From Candidatus Aenigmatarchaeota archaeon (GTDB lineage: Archaea; Aenigmatarchaeota; Aenigmatarchaeia; CG10238-14; SCSR01), in contig JACRAE010000006.1 in NCBI GenBank assembly GCA_016213525.1, positions 16,691-80,690 of the forward strand: a stretch of 64,000 nt of DNA. The letters run 5' to 3'. Both the position numbers and the translations under genes were made by a program. The notes under the pieces were generated by a model. The model did no database searches, had not been told where the DNA came from, and saw nothing but the letters and a program-made list of their open reading frames with translations. Of this stretch, positions 47,626-55,994 are shown in pieces (positions within the stretch are counted from its first letter, which is position 1; each line of letters opens with the position of its first letter).

Positions 47626-48837
47626 GTGGTAAGCATGGTGTTCGAGCTAAACCAGGAATTCTTCAACCAGATATTCTTTTTCGTCCTCTTCTTCGGGTTC
47701 ATGTTCGTGTACCCCAGGCTCATGCTGACGCAGATGCTCTTCCAGCTCGACCGCACGGTCAGGGGACTGGAGGAGAACTCCCTCAAGGGCAGGAGCATAG
47801 CCATCAAGAAAGCCTCGAAGTCCCCGAGCCGCGCCGTCAGGGATTCGATAACCCAGTTCATGGACTTTTTCGTCATAGAGCCGGTCGGGATAGACCCCGC
47901 CGGCGCAATGAAGAGGATAGAGCACCTGTCCAACCTCGGCGACAAGAGGTTCCGATACTTCGTCAAGAACGTGGCCCCTCAGCTGGGCAAGGAGGAGCAG
48001 GCGAACATGGCCATGACGCTCGCCGGCACGGTCTCCCTGCACCAGGTGATGAAGATCGTCAGGCACTACGTCGAGATAGTCAGGAAGACCAGAAACCTCC
48101 AGATAGCTATGATACTCCAGATGCAGCTGCCCTTCATAGAGAGGGTCTCGAGGGCGATGTTGAAGGGGACGGAGGCGTTCGCGAACGGCTGGCCCGTCGG
48201 CGACACCGTCGGCCCGCTTGTGGCCTCGCACCTCATAGGCGACGGCAAGTCTAAGGACATCGCGGACGACGAGACGGTTGTGGTCAAGAGGAGGATTAAG
48301 GGGAGGAACGTCATTGTAATGCGCGCAAAGGGCCCCGGAGGCAGGCTCGGCAAGCTCGGCAGGGCAGTCGAGATTCTCTCGAGGAGGGGCAAGATTGCGA
48401 AGGTCATCACGGTGGACGCCGCGGCGAAGCTCGAGGGCGAGAAGACCGGCGCCATCGCGGAGGGCATAGGCGTGGCGATAGGCGGCATAGGAGTCGACAG
48501 GGGCTACATCGAGAAGATCGCGACCGAGAAGGACATACCGCTCGACACGATAGTCGTGAAGATGAGCCAGGAGGAGGCCATAATGCCGATGAGGATGGAG
48601 ATTTTGAACGCCGTTCCCTCCGTGCTGAAGATGGTCGAGAGGAACGTGCAGGAGACGGCCGAGAAGGGTGACATCATAATAATCGGCGTCGGGAACTGCA
48701 CCGGGGTCGACAACGACAAGAAGGGCGCGCTCAAGGCCGAGCTCCTAATCAAGAAGGTGGCGGCCCAGGTCAAGAAGCAGGAGGCCGTGGAGGAGAAGGA
48801 CAGGAAGAAGTTCTCCAACAGGTTCCTAGGTATGTAG
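47626..48837 (+). CDS. Conserved archaeal membrane-anchored protein (DUF1512-like)
   Basis: N-terminal TM helix, ~400 aa, Gly-rich GxGxxG segments. Family assignment is from memory only. Confidence 0.35.
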   Translation: MVSMVFELNQEFFNQIFFFVLFFGFMFVYPRLMLTQMLFQLDRTVRGLEENSLKGRSIAIKKASKSPSRAVRDSITQFMDFFVIEPVGIDPAGAMKRIEHLSNLGDKRFRYFVKNVAPQLGKEEQANMAMTLAGTVSLHQVMKIVRHYVEIVRKTRNLQIAMILQMQLPFIERVSRAMLKGTEAFANGWPVGDTVGPLVASHLIGDGKSKDIADDETVVVKRRIKGRNVIVMRAKGPGGRLGKLGRAVEILSRRGKIAKVITVDAAAKLEGEKTGAIAEGIGVAIGGIGVDRGYIEKIATEKDIPLDTIVVKMSQEEAIMPMRMEILNAVPSVLKMVERNVQETAEKGDIIIIGVGNCTGVDNDKKGALKAELLIKKVAAQVKKQEAVEEKDRKKFSNRFLGM

Positions 48838-48868
48838 TTGTCTCGTGTGACTCACAAATTCCAGAATT

Positions 48869-49441
48869 TTACTGAATCTTCGGCAGAATCTCGGCGACCT
48901 TCTCTGCGACCTTCGCCACGTCCCCGTCGGTCTCTATCACAAAGTCCGCCATCTGTATGCACCTTCTGACCTGCTGGCCGTATGGGGGCTCGTTCGCTCC
49001 TTGGTCTGAGTTGTCCTGCGCAGTGAACTCCTCGAAAGTCTTCGGGTCGGTCGGCTTGCCGCGCTTGGTCATCCTCTCGAACCTGGCGCTCTGAGGCGCG
49101 TCGACACCTATCAAGACGAAGCTCCCCCTGTAGTTCTGCTTCAGCCACTCAGCCTCGGCCGGGTTCCTTATACCGTCGACAATTAGATACGGCCTGTCCC
49201 TCGACATGAACTCCGTCGAGACCTTCGCCAGAACGTGCCCCCCATACTTCTGCCTCAGCTCGTTGCCCATCTCCTGCATCGTCTTCCTGGTGAACGACCC
49301 CTTCTTCTTCTCGAGCTGTCCGAAGATCGCGCCCGAGAGCGTGACTTGGTAGCAGTTCAGGTTCTGCATGAGGATCTGTTTCACTAGGTCTTTCCCGGCG
49401 GCTATCGTGCCCGTCAATCCGATTACCTTTACTGGCATCAT
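48869..49441 (-). CDS. P-loop nucleoside/nucleotide kinase-like protein (CoaE/cytidylate-kinase-like)
   Basis: GLTGTIAAGKD Walker A at the N-terminus. Length 190 aa. Confidence 0.5.
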   Translation of the reverse strand: MMPVKVIGLTGTIAAGKDLVKQILMQNLNCYQVTLSGAIFGQLEKKKGSFTRKTMQEMGNELRQKYGGHVLAKVSTEFMSRDRPYLIVDGIRNPAEAEWLKQNYRGSFVLIGVDAPQSARFERMTKRGKPTDPKTFEEFTAQDNSDQGANEPPYGQQVRRCIQMADFVIETDGDVAKVAEKVAEILPKIQ

Positions 49442-49489
49442 GTTGGTTCACCATTATCTTACAATTAAAAAAACCCTTAAAGGCCATGA

Positions 49490-49672
49490 CTATAAGTCGC
49501 AGCCTCTGCAGGTCTTTCTTCCATTCCCCTTAGCCCTAGCAACGGCAGAAGCCACGGTTGTAGCTATCTGCTTGTCCAGTGCCTTGAAGAAGTCTTCGCT
49601 TGCTCTCATTCCTTTCAAGTTGGAACGAACAGCAGTTTTTACGAACAAAGCCATTGATAATTCCTCCTGCAT
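49490..49672 (-). CDS. Short histone-fold protein (archaeal histone-like, C-terminally truncated)
   Basis: RASEDFFKALDKQIATTVASAVARAKGNGRKT parallels archaeal histone alpha2–L2 (..IASEAIKLARHAGRKT). It ends CRGCDL instead of the alpha3 helix. Strong TATA 20–27 nt upstream. Confidence 0.45.
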   Translation of the reverse strand: MQEELSMALFVKTAVRSNLKGMRASEDFFKALDKQIATTVASAVARAKGNGRKTCRGCDL

Positions 49673-49690
49673 TCTGATTGTCCGCGCTTG

Positions 49691-49698
49691 TATATAAA
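49691..49698 (-). promoter_or_regulatory. TATA box for the histone-like gene
   Basis: TATATAAA (palindromic core) ~20–27 nt upstream of the ATG at 49672. Confidence 0.5.
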
Positions 49699-49832
49699 GT
49701 TGAACGCAAAACGCGTTCTTTTGGTGTTCTGAGCCGTTTGTCGGAGGATTATTTTTCCGCGGTTTCCATCCCCGATTTCCCCGCGCGCCCGCCGATAGGA
49801 AAGCTTAATTTATGCGTCTGCATACTAGGTTA

Positions 49833-49949
49833 ATGGAAAAAGAGAAGAAGGTCAAGCTGAAGGACCAGCCGGCCCAGGGAAAGAAAGGCGGCAACTGGCA
49901 CTTCAGGAGCGGCAAGAAGAAAGAGAAGTTCAGGAAGTTCGGAAGATAG
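49833..49949 (+). CDS. Small highly basic ORF (38 aa)
   Basis: MEKEKKVKLKDQPAQGKKGGNWHFRSGKKKEKFRKFGR. TATA-like CTTAATTTAT 20–28 nt upstream. Not in the ORF track because it is under 60 aa. Confidence 0.3.
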   Translation: MEKEKKVKLKDQPAQGKKGGNWHFRSGKKKEKFRKFGR

Positions 49950-50090
49950 TCGCATCCCGTTCATTGAATTTTTTCGGGCGTTTGCGGCGGTCGGTCGGGT
50001 CCGATGTTTCTCGTGGCAGCGCGCCGGCGCCTCGGAGGGCGCCTGAGAAGATTTAAATCCATCCGAATTCCACTCCTGTAAAGTGATTTT

Positions 50091-50615
50091 ATGGCCGGAT
50101 TGAGACCTGGAAGATCGATGAGGAAGGTAGAGAGGCCTTGGACTAGGGTCAGTAAGCACAAGCCGAGGAAGTCCTACGTCAAGGGAGTCCCGTTCCCGAA
50201 GACCCACCAGTTCGAGATGGGCAACAAGACGGGCGTGTTTGACACGAGCATCTACCTCACGGCCGACCGCCCGGTCCAGATAAGGGACCAGTCGATAGAG
50301 GCGTCCAGGATAGTGGCGACGAAGTACTTGACCACGAAGATCACAGAGGTGAACTACTTCATGAAGATTCTCGTTTATCCGCATCACGTCCTCCGCGAGA
50401 AGCCAATCGCGACGGGCGCGGGGGCGGACCGTTACTCCCAGGGCATGGCACACCCGTTCGGGAAGCCGGTAGGCTCGGCCGTCCAGACGAAGCCCGGCAT
50501 GAGGCTCGTCCAGGTCAGGGTTAACAAGGCGAACCTCACCCACGCCAAGATAGCGCTGAAGAAGTTCGGCAAGAAGATATCGACCCCGAGCACCCTGGTC
50601 GTAGAGTCCATCTGA
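50091..50615 (+). CDS. rpl10e: 50S ribosomal protein L10e (uL16)
   Basis: RKVERPWTRVSKHKPRKSYVKGVP matches the uL16/L10e N-terminus. The start may be the internal MRKVERP at 50118. Confidence 0.9.
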   Translation: MAGLRPGRSMRKVERPWTRVSKHKPRKSYVKGVPFPKTHQFEMGNKTGVFDTSIYLTADRPVQIRDQSIEASRIVATKYLTTKITEVNYFMKILVYPHHVLREKPIATGAGADRYSQGMAHPFGKPVGSAVQTKPGMRLVQVRVNKANLTHAKIALKKFGKKISTPSTLVVESI

Positions 50616-50668
50616 TTTTCAACGCCTCCTTCGGTTCCTTGCCTCAGAACGACCCGGTCCCGCGCCCG

Positions 50669-51445
50669 CTACTTCAGCTTGTGGTGCGACAGGAAGAACG
50701 CGAGGAATATCACGGTGCCGGTGAGCATCGAGATCAGGACCGGGGACGTCTCCCCGCCCGCGACGAACGCTCCGACGGTCACGGTGCCCGGCTGTGTCTG
50801 GGACAGGGCCCAGAGCACGCTCATGCCGAACATCGCTGAGAAAATTATCAGGACTGCATTCCCGAAGCGCGACTCCTCCTCGGGCCTCTTTTTTTTCTGG
50901 GAATAGTTCAACATCGTCTGGGTCAGCTCCTTCGACATTTCCTTCACCTTGTTGTTGTATTTTTCGAAGTTTTGGATGCTCTTCGTCCTCTCCATGTTGA
51001 GGTTCTCTATCTCGTGCTCCATTTTCACCATGACGTGGGAGTTTTTGTTCATGCTTCTGGATATGGGGTCTTTCTCCCTGTTGTAATCCGAGAGAAGCTT
51101 GCTCAGCCTCTCAGTGTACTCGCCGTATTTCTTCAGGTCCTTCAGCGCGGCGTTCACGTCGGAGTTCAGGTATCCGAGCTGCTTGTAGAAGACTTTTTGC
51201 TCGTTTTCCGGCACATAAGATTTGATTAGTTTCTTCAGCTTGTCCATTCCGACTCCCAGGAACCTCCTCTTGTTGAGCTCGTCGCTCTTCACCCTGTACA
51301 TCTCTTCTCCCATCTTTTTCAGATTGCTCGCTTCGTCCATCAGATAGCTCGCGGAATTTTGAAGCTCTTTCTCATACATTTCCCCTATGCCTCTGGGCTG
51401 TCCGGCGCCCTGGTAAGGATTCTTCTTCTTTTCAGGAGGAGCCAT
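50669..51445 (-). CDS. Coiled-coil protein with C-terminal TM helices (hypothetical)
   Basis: Long charged helical region then two hydrophobic segments. Confidence 0.35.
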   Translation of the reverse strand: MAPPEKKKNPYQGAGQPRGIGEMYEKELQNSASYLMDEASNLKKMGEEMYRVKSDELNKRRFLGVGMDKLKKLIKSYVPENEQKVFYKQLGYLNSDVNAALKDLKKYGEYTERLSKLLSDYNREKDPISRSMNKNSHVMVKMEHEIENLNMERTKSIQNFEKYNNKVKEMSKELTQTMLNYSQKKKRPEEESRFGNAVLIIFSAMFGMSVLWALSQTQPGTVTVGAFVAGGETSPVLISMLTGTVIFLAFFLSHHKLK

Positions 51446-51528
51446 AAATGTAATTCGTGGTTTCTGCTTAAAAATACGACGAAATGTTAGCCAGTAACCC
51501 TTAAGCGGGTCGGAAGCGAATCCTATTC

Positions 51529-53817
51529 ATGAAGTACGTCCTGTGGTTCGAGCAGATATCCAGGGACGACGTCCCGAAGGCCGGTGGGAAGGGCGCCAAC
51601 CTTGGCGAGATGTTCGGCGCTGGCATGCCCGTGCCGCCAGGGTTCGTTGTCACGACGACGGCGTTCGACAAGCTCATGAAGATCGGCGGCCTGGGAGAGA
51701 AGATAGACCAGATAATCAAGAGGACCAACGTCGAGGACACTGGGGCGCTGTTCAATGCGTCCAAGGCGATAAAGGAGATGATAGTGTCCCAGGAGATGCC
51801 GGACGACGTGAAGGCCGAGGTTGCGGACTCGTACAAGACTCTCTCTTATGACGACAAGGTGCAGGACGCCAAGATGGCATCCCTCATGTCCGCCGGCGCC
51901 GACATGGCCTTCGTGGCGGTGAGGAGCTCCGCCACGGCAGAGGACCTGCCGGGCGCGTCTTTCGCGGGCCAGCAGGCGACGTTCCTCAACGTGAGGGGCA
52001 CGAAGGACCTCCTGCAGTCGGTCAGGGAGTGCTGGGCCTCGCTCTTCGAGCCGAGGGCTATATTCTACAGGTCGAAGAACAAGTTCGGCAGCGCGAGCAT
52101 AGCAGTCGTTGTGCAGAGAATGGTCAACTCGGACAAGTCCGGCATAATGTTCACGACGGATCCCGTGTCGGGCGACGACAGCATAATCATCGAGGCGACC
52201 TGGGGACTCGGCGAGTACATCGTTTTAGGCGAGGTCTCCCCGGACCACTATATAATAGACAAGCAAACCGACTCCGTGAGGGACATGAAGATTGGGAGGA
52301 AGGAGAAGGCGCTCGTGAGGGACCCGAAGACCGGCAAGTCCGTCGAGTGGATAATCCCGCGCGACAAGTCCGAGGCCGAGGTGCTGACGGCCGACGAGCT
52401 CGCTAAGCTCATCAGGTACGGCCACATGCTGGAGGAGCACTACGACCACGCGCAGGATGTGGAGTTTGCGATTGAGAAGGGTGTGGTTAGGATAGTCCAG
52501 ACCAGGGCCGTCACGACGAAGGGGAAGAAGAGCGACGTGAAGATAGAGGGCAGGGAGCTGGTACGCGGCAGGGGAGCCTCGCCCGGCATCGCCACGGGCA
52601 AGGTCAAGATTGTGAGGGGCATGGAGGACATAGAGAAGATAATGAAGGGCGACATCCTGGTAACCGTGATGACATCCCCCGATCTCGTGCCCGCGATGAG
52701 CAGGTCCGGCGCCATAGTCACGGACAACGGCGGGTCGAACTGCCACGCCGCGATAGTGTCGAGGGAGATGGGGATACCGGCCATAGTCGGCACGGAGACC
52801 GCGACCTCGGTCCTGAAGGAGGGCGAGCTCGTCACGGTCGACGCCTACTCTGGGATAGTGTACGAGGGCTCCGTAGCGGTCGACAAGCCCGATATGCTGG
52901 ACCTCGGCGAGACCGGCGAGACGAGGACTAAGGTGAAGGTCAACATGGTCTTTGCGGACAAGCTGGAGGTCGCCTCAAAGACCGATGGTGTGGGGCTGCT
53001 GAGGATCGAGCACATGATAACGAAGTTCGGCGTGCATCCCGCCAAGCTCATGCGCGAGGGTAGGAGGGAGGAGTATGTCAATCTTTTGGTGGATGGGATA
53101 AGGCCCATAGCAGAGGCCTACAGTCCGAAGCCCGTGTGGGTCCGCACTTTGGACGCGAGGAGCGACGAGTTCAGGCACCTGCAGGGAGGGGAGGACGAGC
53201 CGCACGAGGACAACCCGATGCTCGGCTGGCACGGCCTCAGGAGGAGCCTCGACGAGCCCGAGCTCTTCAAGGCCGAGCTCGAGGCGATCAAGAGGCTGCA
53301 CGGCGAGGGCCTGACGAACGTCAGGGCCGAGATACCCTTCGTGATCAGCGTCGAGGAGTTGAGGAGGGCGAACCAGATTGCGGCGGAGGTCGGGATGGGC
53401 GAGGGATTCAAGTTCGGCCTCATGGTGGAGACGCCGGCCTGCGCCCTCGACATCGAGGAGTTCTGCAGGGAGGGCATAGAGTTCGCGAGCTTCGGCACGA
53501 ACGACCTCACCCAGCTGACTCTGGGGATGGACAGGAACAACGAGAAGATAATGAACATAGGGTCCGAGTTCCACCCGTCCGTCATCAGGCAGATGAAGGA
53601 AGTGATTGAGGTTTGCGCCCGCTATGGGGTGGAGAGCTCGATATGCGGCGAGGCGGGGAGCAGCCCCGAGATGGCGAAGATACTCGTGAGGGCGGGGATT
53701 AAGAGCGTGTCCTGCAACATCGACGCGATAGACAAGATAAGGGCGGCGGTCTATCAGGCGGAGAGAGAATCGGGCTATTCGGAGAGACCTTCGGAACTGT
53801 TCACTGAAATTGTATGA
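51529..53817 (+). CDS. ppsA: Phosphoenolpyruvate synthase
   Basis: PPDK/PEPS N-terminal ATP-grasp. Phospho-His motif GGSNCHAAIVSRE. C-terminal PEP-utilising TIM barrel with catalytic Cys (ICGEAG). Confidence 0.95.
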   Translation: MKYVLWFEQISRDDVPKAGGKGANLGEMFGAGMPVPPGFVVTTTAFDKLMKIGGLGEKIDQIIKRTNVEDTGALFNASKAIKEMIVSQEMPDDVKAEVADSYKTLSYDDKVQDAKMASLMSAGADMAFVAVRSSATAEDLPGASFAGQQATFLNVRGTKDLLQSVRECWASLFEPRAIFYRSKNKFGSASIAVVVQRMVNSDKSGIMFTTDPVSGDDSIIIEATWGLGEYIVLGEVSPDHYIIDKQTDSVRDMKIGRKEKALVRDPKTGKSVEWIIPRDKSEAEVLTADELAKLIRYGHMLEEHYDHAQDVEFAIEKGVVRIVQTRAVTTKGKKSDVKIEGRELVRGRGASPGIATGKVKIVRGMEDIEKIMKGDILVTVMTSPDLVPAMSRSGAIVTDNGGSNCHAAIVSREMGIPAIVGTETATSVLKEGELVTVDAYSGIVYEGSVAVDKPDMLDLGETGETRTKVKVNMVFADKLEVASKTDGVGLLRIEHMITKFGVHPAKLMREGRREEYVNLLVDGIRPIAEAYSPKPVWVRTLDARSDEFRHLQGGEDEPHEDNPMLGWHGLRRSLDEPELFKAELEAIKRLHGEGLTNVRAEIPFVISVEELRRANQIAAEVGMGEGFKFGLMVETPACALDIEEFCREGIEFASFGTNDLTQLTLGMDRNNEKIMNIGSEFHPSVIRQMKEVIEVCARYGVESSICGEAGSSPEMAKILVRAGIKSVSCNIDAIDKIRAAVYQAERESGYSERPSELFTEIV

Positions 53818-54205
53818 TGCTGTCCCGATTGTCCGACTCCATCAGCTTCATCAGGCTCTTCATGTTGCTCGTTCCCATGATATTTTTCACATAGGAATCC
53901 TTGTCGTTCGCGCCCCTCCTGCCCTCCTCCTCGGCCGCCATGAGCCTCGGCAGGTATTTTTTTATCGTCGACGCCTTGTACGGGCCGGCGAGATTCTGGT
54001 ACCCGTCGTACGACTTCACAATGAGGTTGAACTCTTGGTATTCCCCTATGTTCTTGCTTTCCATGTTATCTTCGAACGCGTTCAGGGGGTATGTAAAGTT
54101 GTGGCCGAGCTTAGGCATTGAGCACAGTATGAAGGAGGAGTTTTTCTGGACGTTCCTGCCCTGGCCAAGATAGCCGTGCTTGAGCTCCATGAACCGATAA
54201 TCCAA
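53801..54205 (-). CDS. Hypothetical protein
   Basis: TTG-start ORF. No motif recognised. Confidence 0.3.
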   Translation of the reverse strand: MDYRFMELKHGYLGQGRNVQKNSSFILCSMPKLGHNFTYPLNAFEDNMESKNIGEYQEFNLIVKSYDGYQNLAGPYKASTIKKYLPRLMAAEEEGRRGANDKDSYVKNIMGTSNMKSLMKLMESDNRDSIIQFQ

Positions 54206-54248
54206 ATCAGTCTTTATAAGATTTTCCGACGTTGTTATAATTCAGGAG

Positions 54249-54345
54249 AGCCTCAACTGGGATTTGAACCCAGGACCCCTTCCTTACCATGGAATTTAGC
54301 TAGTTTTTCCTAACTATGTGCTCTACCGGGCTGAGCTATTGAGGC
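54249..54345 (-). tRNA. tRNA-Thr (anticodon GGT) with a ~23-nt intron at a non-canonical position (26/27)
   Basis: Minus-strand read. GCCTCAA-TA-GCTC-AGCCCGGTA-GAGC-A-[CATAGTTAGGAAAAACTAGCTAA]-ATTCC-ATGGTAA-GGAAG-GGGTC-CTGGG-TTCAAAT-CCCAG-TTGAGGC-T. No canonical anticodon arm is possible without removing the insert. Coordinates ±1. Confidence 0.55.
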
Positions 54346-54386
54346 TTAATTCAAATTTTGAATTTCACAGTTTTTAAATGCTGTTT

Positions 54387-54641
54387 TTAATCTGGCTCCA
54401 GGTAAAGGTGGTCTTCCAGATGTACCACACCGTTTGTCTTGATGGCGACCTGAATGCCCTTCTTGGCGGAGTCGGCGCTCTTGCCGTCGACCTGAATGCT
54501 TTCCACGGTCTGCACGAGGTCCGTGTTGGGGCCCTCGAATGACACCCTGTCCCCGACGGAGAAGTCCGATTCGACGTCCACGACGGCCACCCCTATCTTC
54601 GGGTAGAAGTGCCTGACTATGCCCACGAGCCTCTTCGCCAT
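54387..54641 (-). CDS. Small beta-barrel protein (EF-Tu domain 2-like)
   Basis: MAKRLVGIVRHFYPKIGVAVVDV..VGDRVSFEG pattern of small archaeal beta-barrel proteins. Track ORF extended upstream with a TTG start. Confidence 0.35.
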   Translation of the reverse strand: MAKRLVGIVRHFYPKIGVAVVDVESDFSVGDRVSFEGPNTDLVQTVESIQVDGKSADSAKKGIQVAIKTNGVVHLEDHLYLEPD

Positions 54642-55113
54642 GTACAAACCTTGTCTTGCAATATTCATTAGCTTGTGCGCCGAATATGTTTGTATGAAGC
54701 TCTCGCCCGCCAAGATGCTCATCTGGGTCATGGCCGTCGTCGTGCTTGCTGTCGTCTTCATACAGCCCGGCAGCGAGACCGGCAAGTACGTCTACCAGGT
54801 GGAGACGATAGACAACAAGTGCACGTTCGACGAGTACCAGCAGCAGGACATACGAGCCGTCGGGGACTCCATATTGATTGTGATGCCCATACAGACACCG
54901 ACGCCCTGCTACGAGGTCCAAGGATCGGTCGACTTCTTCAGGAGCGACATAACCGTCAACCTGCAGACGAAGAAGAGGGCTGAGGCGTGCACGGCAGAGT
55001 GCGTCGGGGTGACCGTGGCGAGGGTCGTGATATCCAACCTCGACTCCGGGACTTACGGCCTGCAGATCAACGCGCCGGACAAGTCCGTCAGGACCAGCGT
55101 CAAGGTGAAGTAG
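54619..55113 (+). CDS. Membrane-anchored/secreted Cys-containing hypothetical protein
   Basis: Hydrophobic N-terminus (MLIWVMAVVVLAVVF). Four Cys. Likely internal start. Confidence 0.35.
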   Translation: MPTSLFAMYKPCLAIFISLCAEYVCMKLSPAKMLIWVMAVVVLAVVFIQPGSETGKYVYQVETIDNKCTFDEYQQQDIRAVGDSILIVMPIQTPTPCYEVQGSVDFFRSDITVNLQTKKRAEACTAECVGVTVARVVISNLDSGTYGLQINAPDKSVRTSVKVK

Positions 55114-55566
55114 TTGGTCAAGGAAGGCCAGAAGGCGCCCGCCTTCGCGCTGCCCGACGAGTCTGGATTCGATGTCGCCCTCTCAGACTTCGCGGGCAAG
55201 AGGATTGTCCTCTACTTCTACCCGCGCGACATGACGCCGGGATGCACGATAGAGGCCTGCAGCTTCCGAGACTACCATGCCAAGTTCAAGGAGAGGGGCG
55301 CCGTAATTTTGGGGGTGAGCACCGACGGTCAGAGGTCCCACGCGAAGTTCAAGGAGGCGCACGGACTGCCCTTCGCATTGCTGAGCGACAAGTCGGCCTC
55401 GGTCTGCAGGAAGTACGGTGTCTGGAAGAAGAAAAAATTCATGGGCAAGGAGTACATGGGGATAGAGAGGACGACTTTCGTGATAGACGAGGCGGGCAAG
55501 ATATCCAAGATATTCAAGAGGGTGCAGCCGCTCGGCCACTGGAAGGAAATATTGGCCCTACTATGA
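55114..55566 (+). CDS. bcp: Peroxiredoxin Bcp (thiol peroxidase)
   Basis: FYPRDMTPGCTIEAC peroxidatic-Cys motif. TTG start. Confidence 0.85.
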   Translation: MVKEGQKAPAFALPDESGFDVALSDFAGKRIVLYFYPRDMTPGCTIEACSFRDYHAKFKERGAVILGVSTDGQRSHAKFKEAHGLPFALLSDKSASVCRKYGVWKKKKFMGKEYMGIERTTFVIDEAGKISKIFKRVQPLGHWKEILALL

Positions 55567-55701
55567 CGTGTACCTGACCAGCTCTATGTCGCATCCCCTA
55601 CATACGCTGCACTTCATGCACTCGTGGTTCCCTATGCAGGCTATCGGGTTCTCTATCCTGGTCTTGCAGTCCTTGCAGCGCCATTCGACCGTCTTTCCCA
55701 T
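55561..55701 (-). CDS. Small Cys-rich zinc-ribbon ORF B (46 aa)
   Basis: MGKTVEWRCKDCK..CIGNHECMKCSVCRGC. Several CxxC motifs. High GC3. It is the plausible 3' part of track ORF 55561–55887. Confidence 0.35.
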   Translation of the reverse strand: MGKTVEWRCKDCKTRIENPIACIGNHECMKCSVCRGCDIELVRYTS

Positions 55702-55703
55702 AA

Positions 55704-55847
55704 TTACACATGACCGGCAAGCTTTTTGTTCCTTAGCTTCAGGAGAGAATTCCCGCAGTCTTTGCAGAATTCCCCCTTCGGGCTCCATCTGGACTCGCTC
55801 TTCATCTTGTTGCACTTCGGGCAGAACCACGGGAAGTCCTTGAACAT
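55704..55847 (-). CDS. Small zinc-ribbon ORF A (47 aa), missed by the ORF track
   Basis: MFKDFPWFCPKCNKMKSESRWSPKGEFCKDCGNSLLKLRNKKLAGHV. Two CxxC pairs. High GC3. ATG 7 nt downstream of the tRNA-Leu 3' end. Stop 2 nt before the ORF B start. Confidence 0.35.
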   Translation of the reverse strand: MFKDFPWFCPKCNKMKSESRWSPKGEFCKDCGNSLLKLRNKKLAGHV

Positions 55848-55854
55848 AGCAGAG

Positions 55855-55940
55855 TGCGGGAGGGGGGATTTGAACCCCCGTATCCACTAAGGAACTGGAA
55901 CCTCAATCCAGTGGAATTGACCGGGCTATCCGACCCCCGC
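55855..55940 (-). tRNA. tRNA-Leu (anticodon GAG), intron-less, class II with long variable arm
   Basis: GCGGGGG acceptor. Anticodon arm CTGGA-TTGAGGT-TCCAG. Variable arm TTCCTTAGTGGATAC. T-arm GGGGG-TTCAAAT-CCCCC. Discriminator A. TATATAA 27–33 nt upstream. Confidence 0.75.
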
Positions 55941-55994
55941 GTTACAGACAAAATTTATCTTCCGCGTATATAAGAAGTGCGCCTTCGCGCCTCG

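Noticed and set aside
49830-50543. 237-aa minus-strand ORF
   Set aside because: Antisense to rpl10e and to the small basic ORF. Arg/Leu-rich with no motif.
54346-54921. 191-aa minus-strand ORF overlapping the small beta-barrel gene and the 54619–55113 gene
   Set aside because: Arg/Gly-rich shadow frame. The smaller co-located ORFs have better protein-like sequence.
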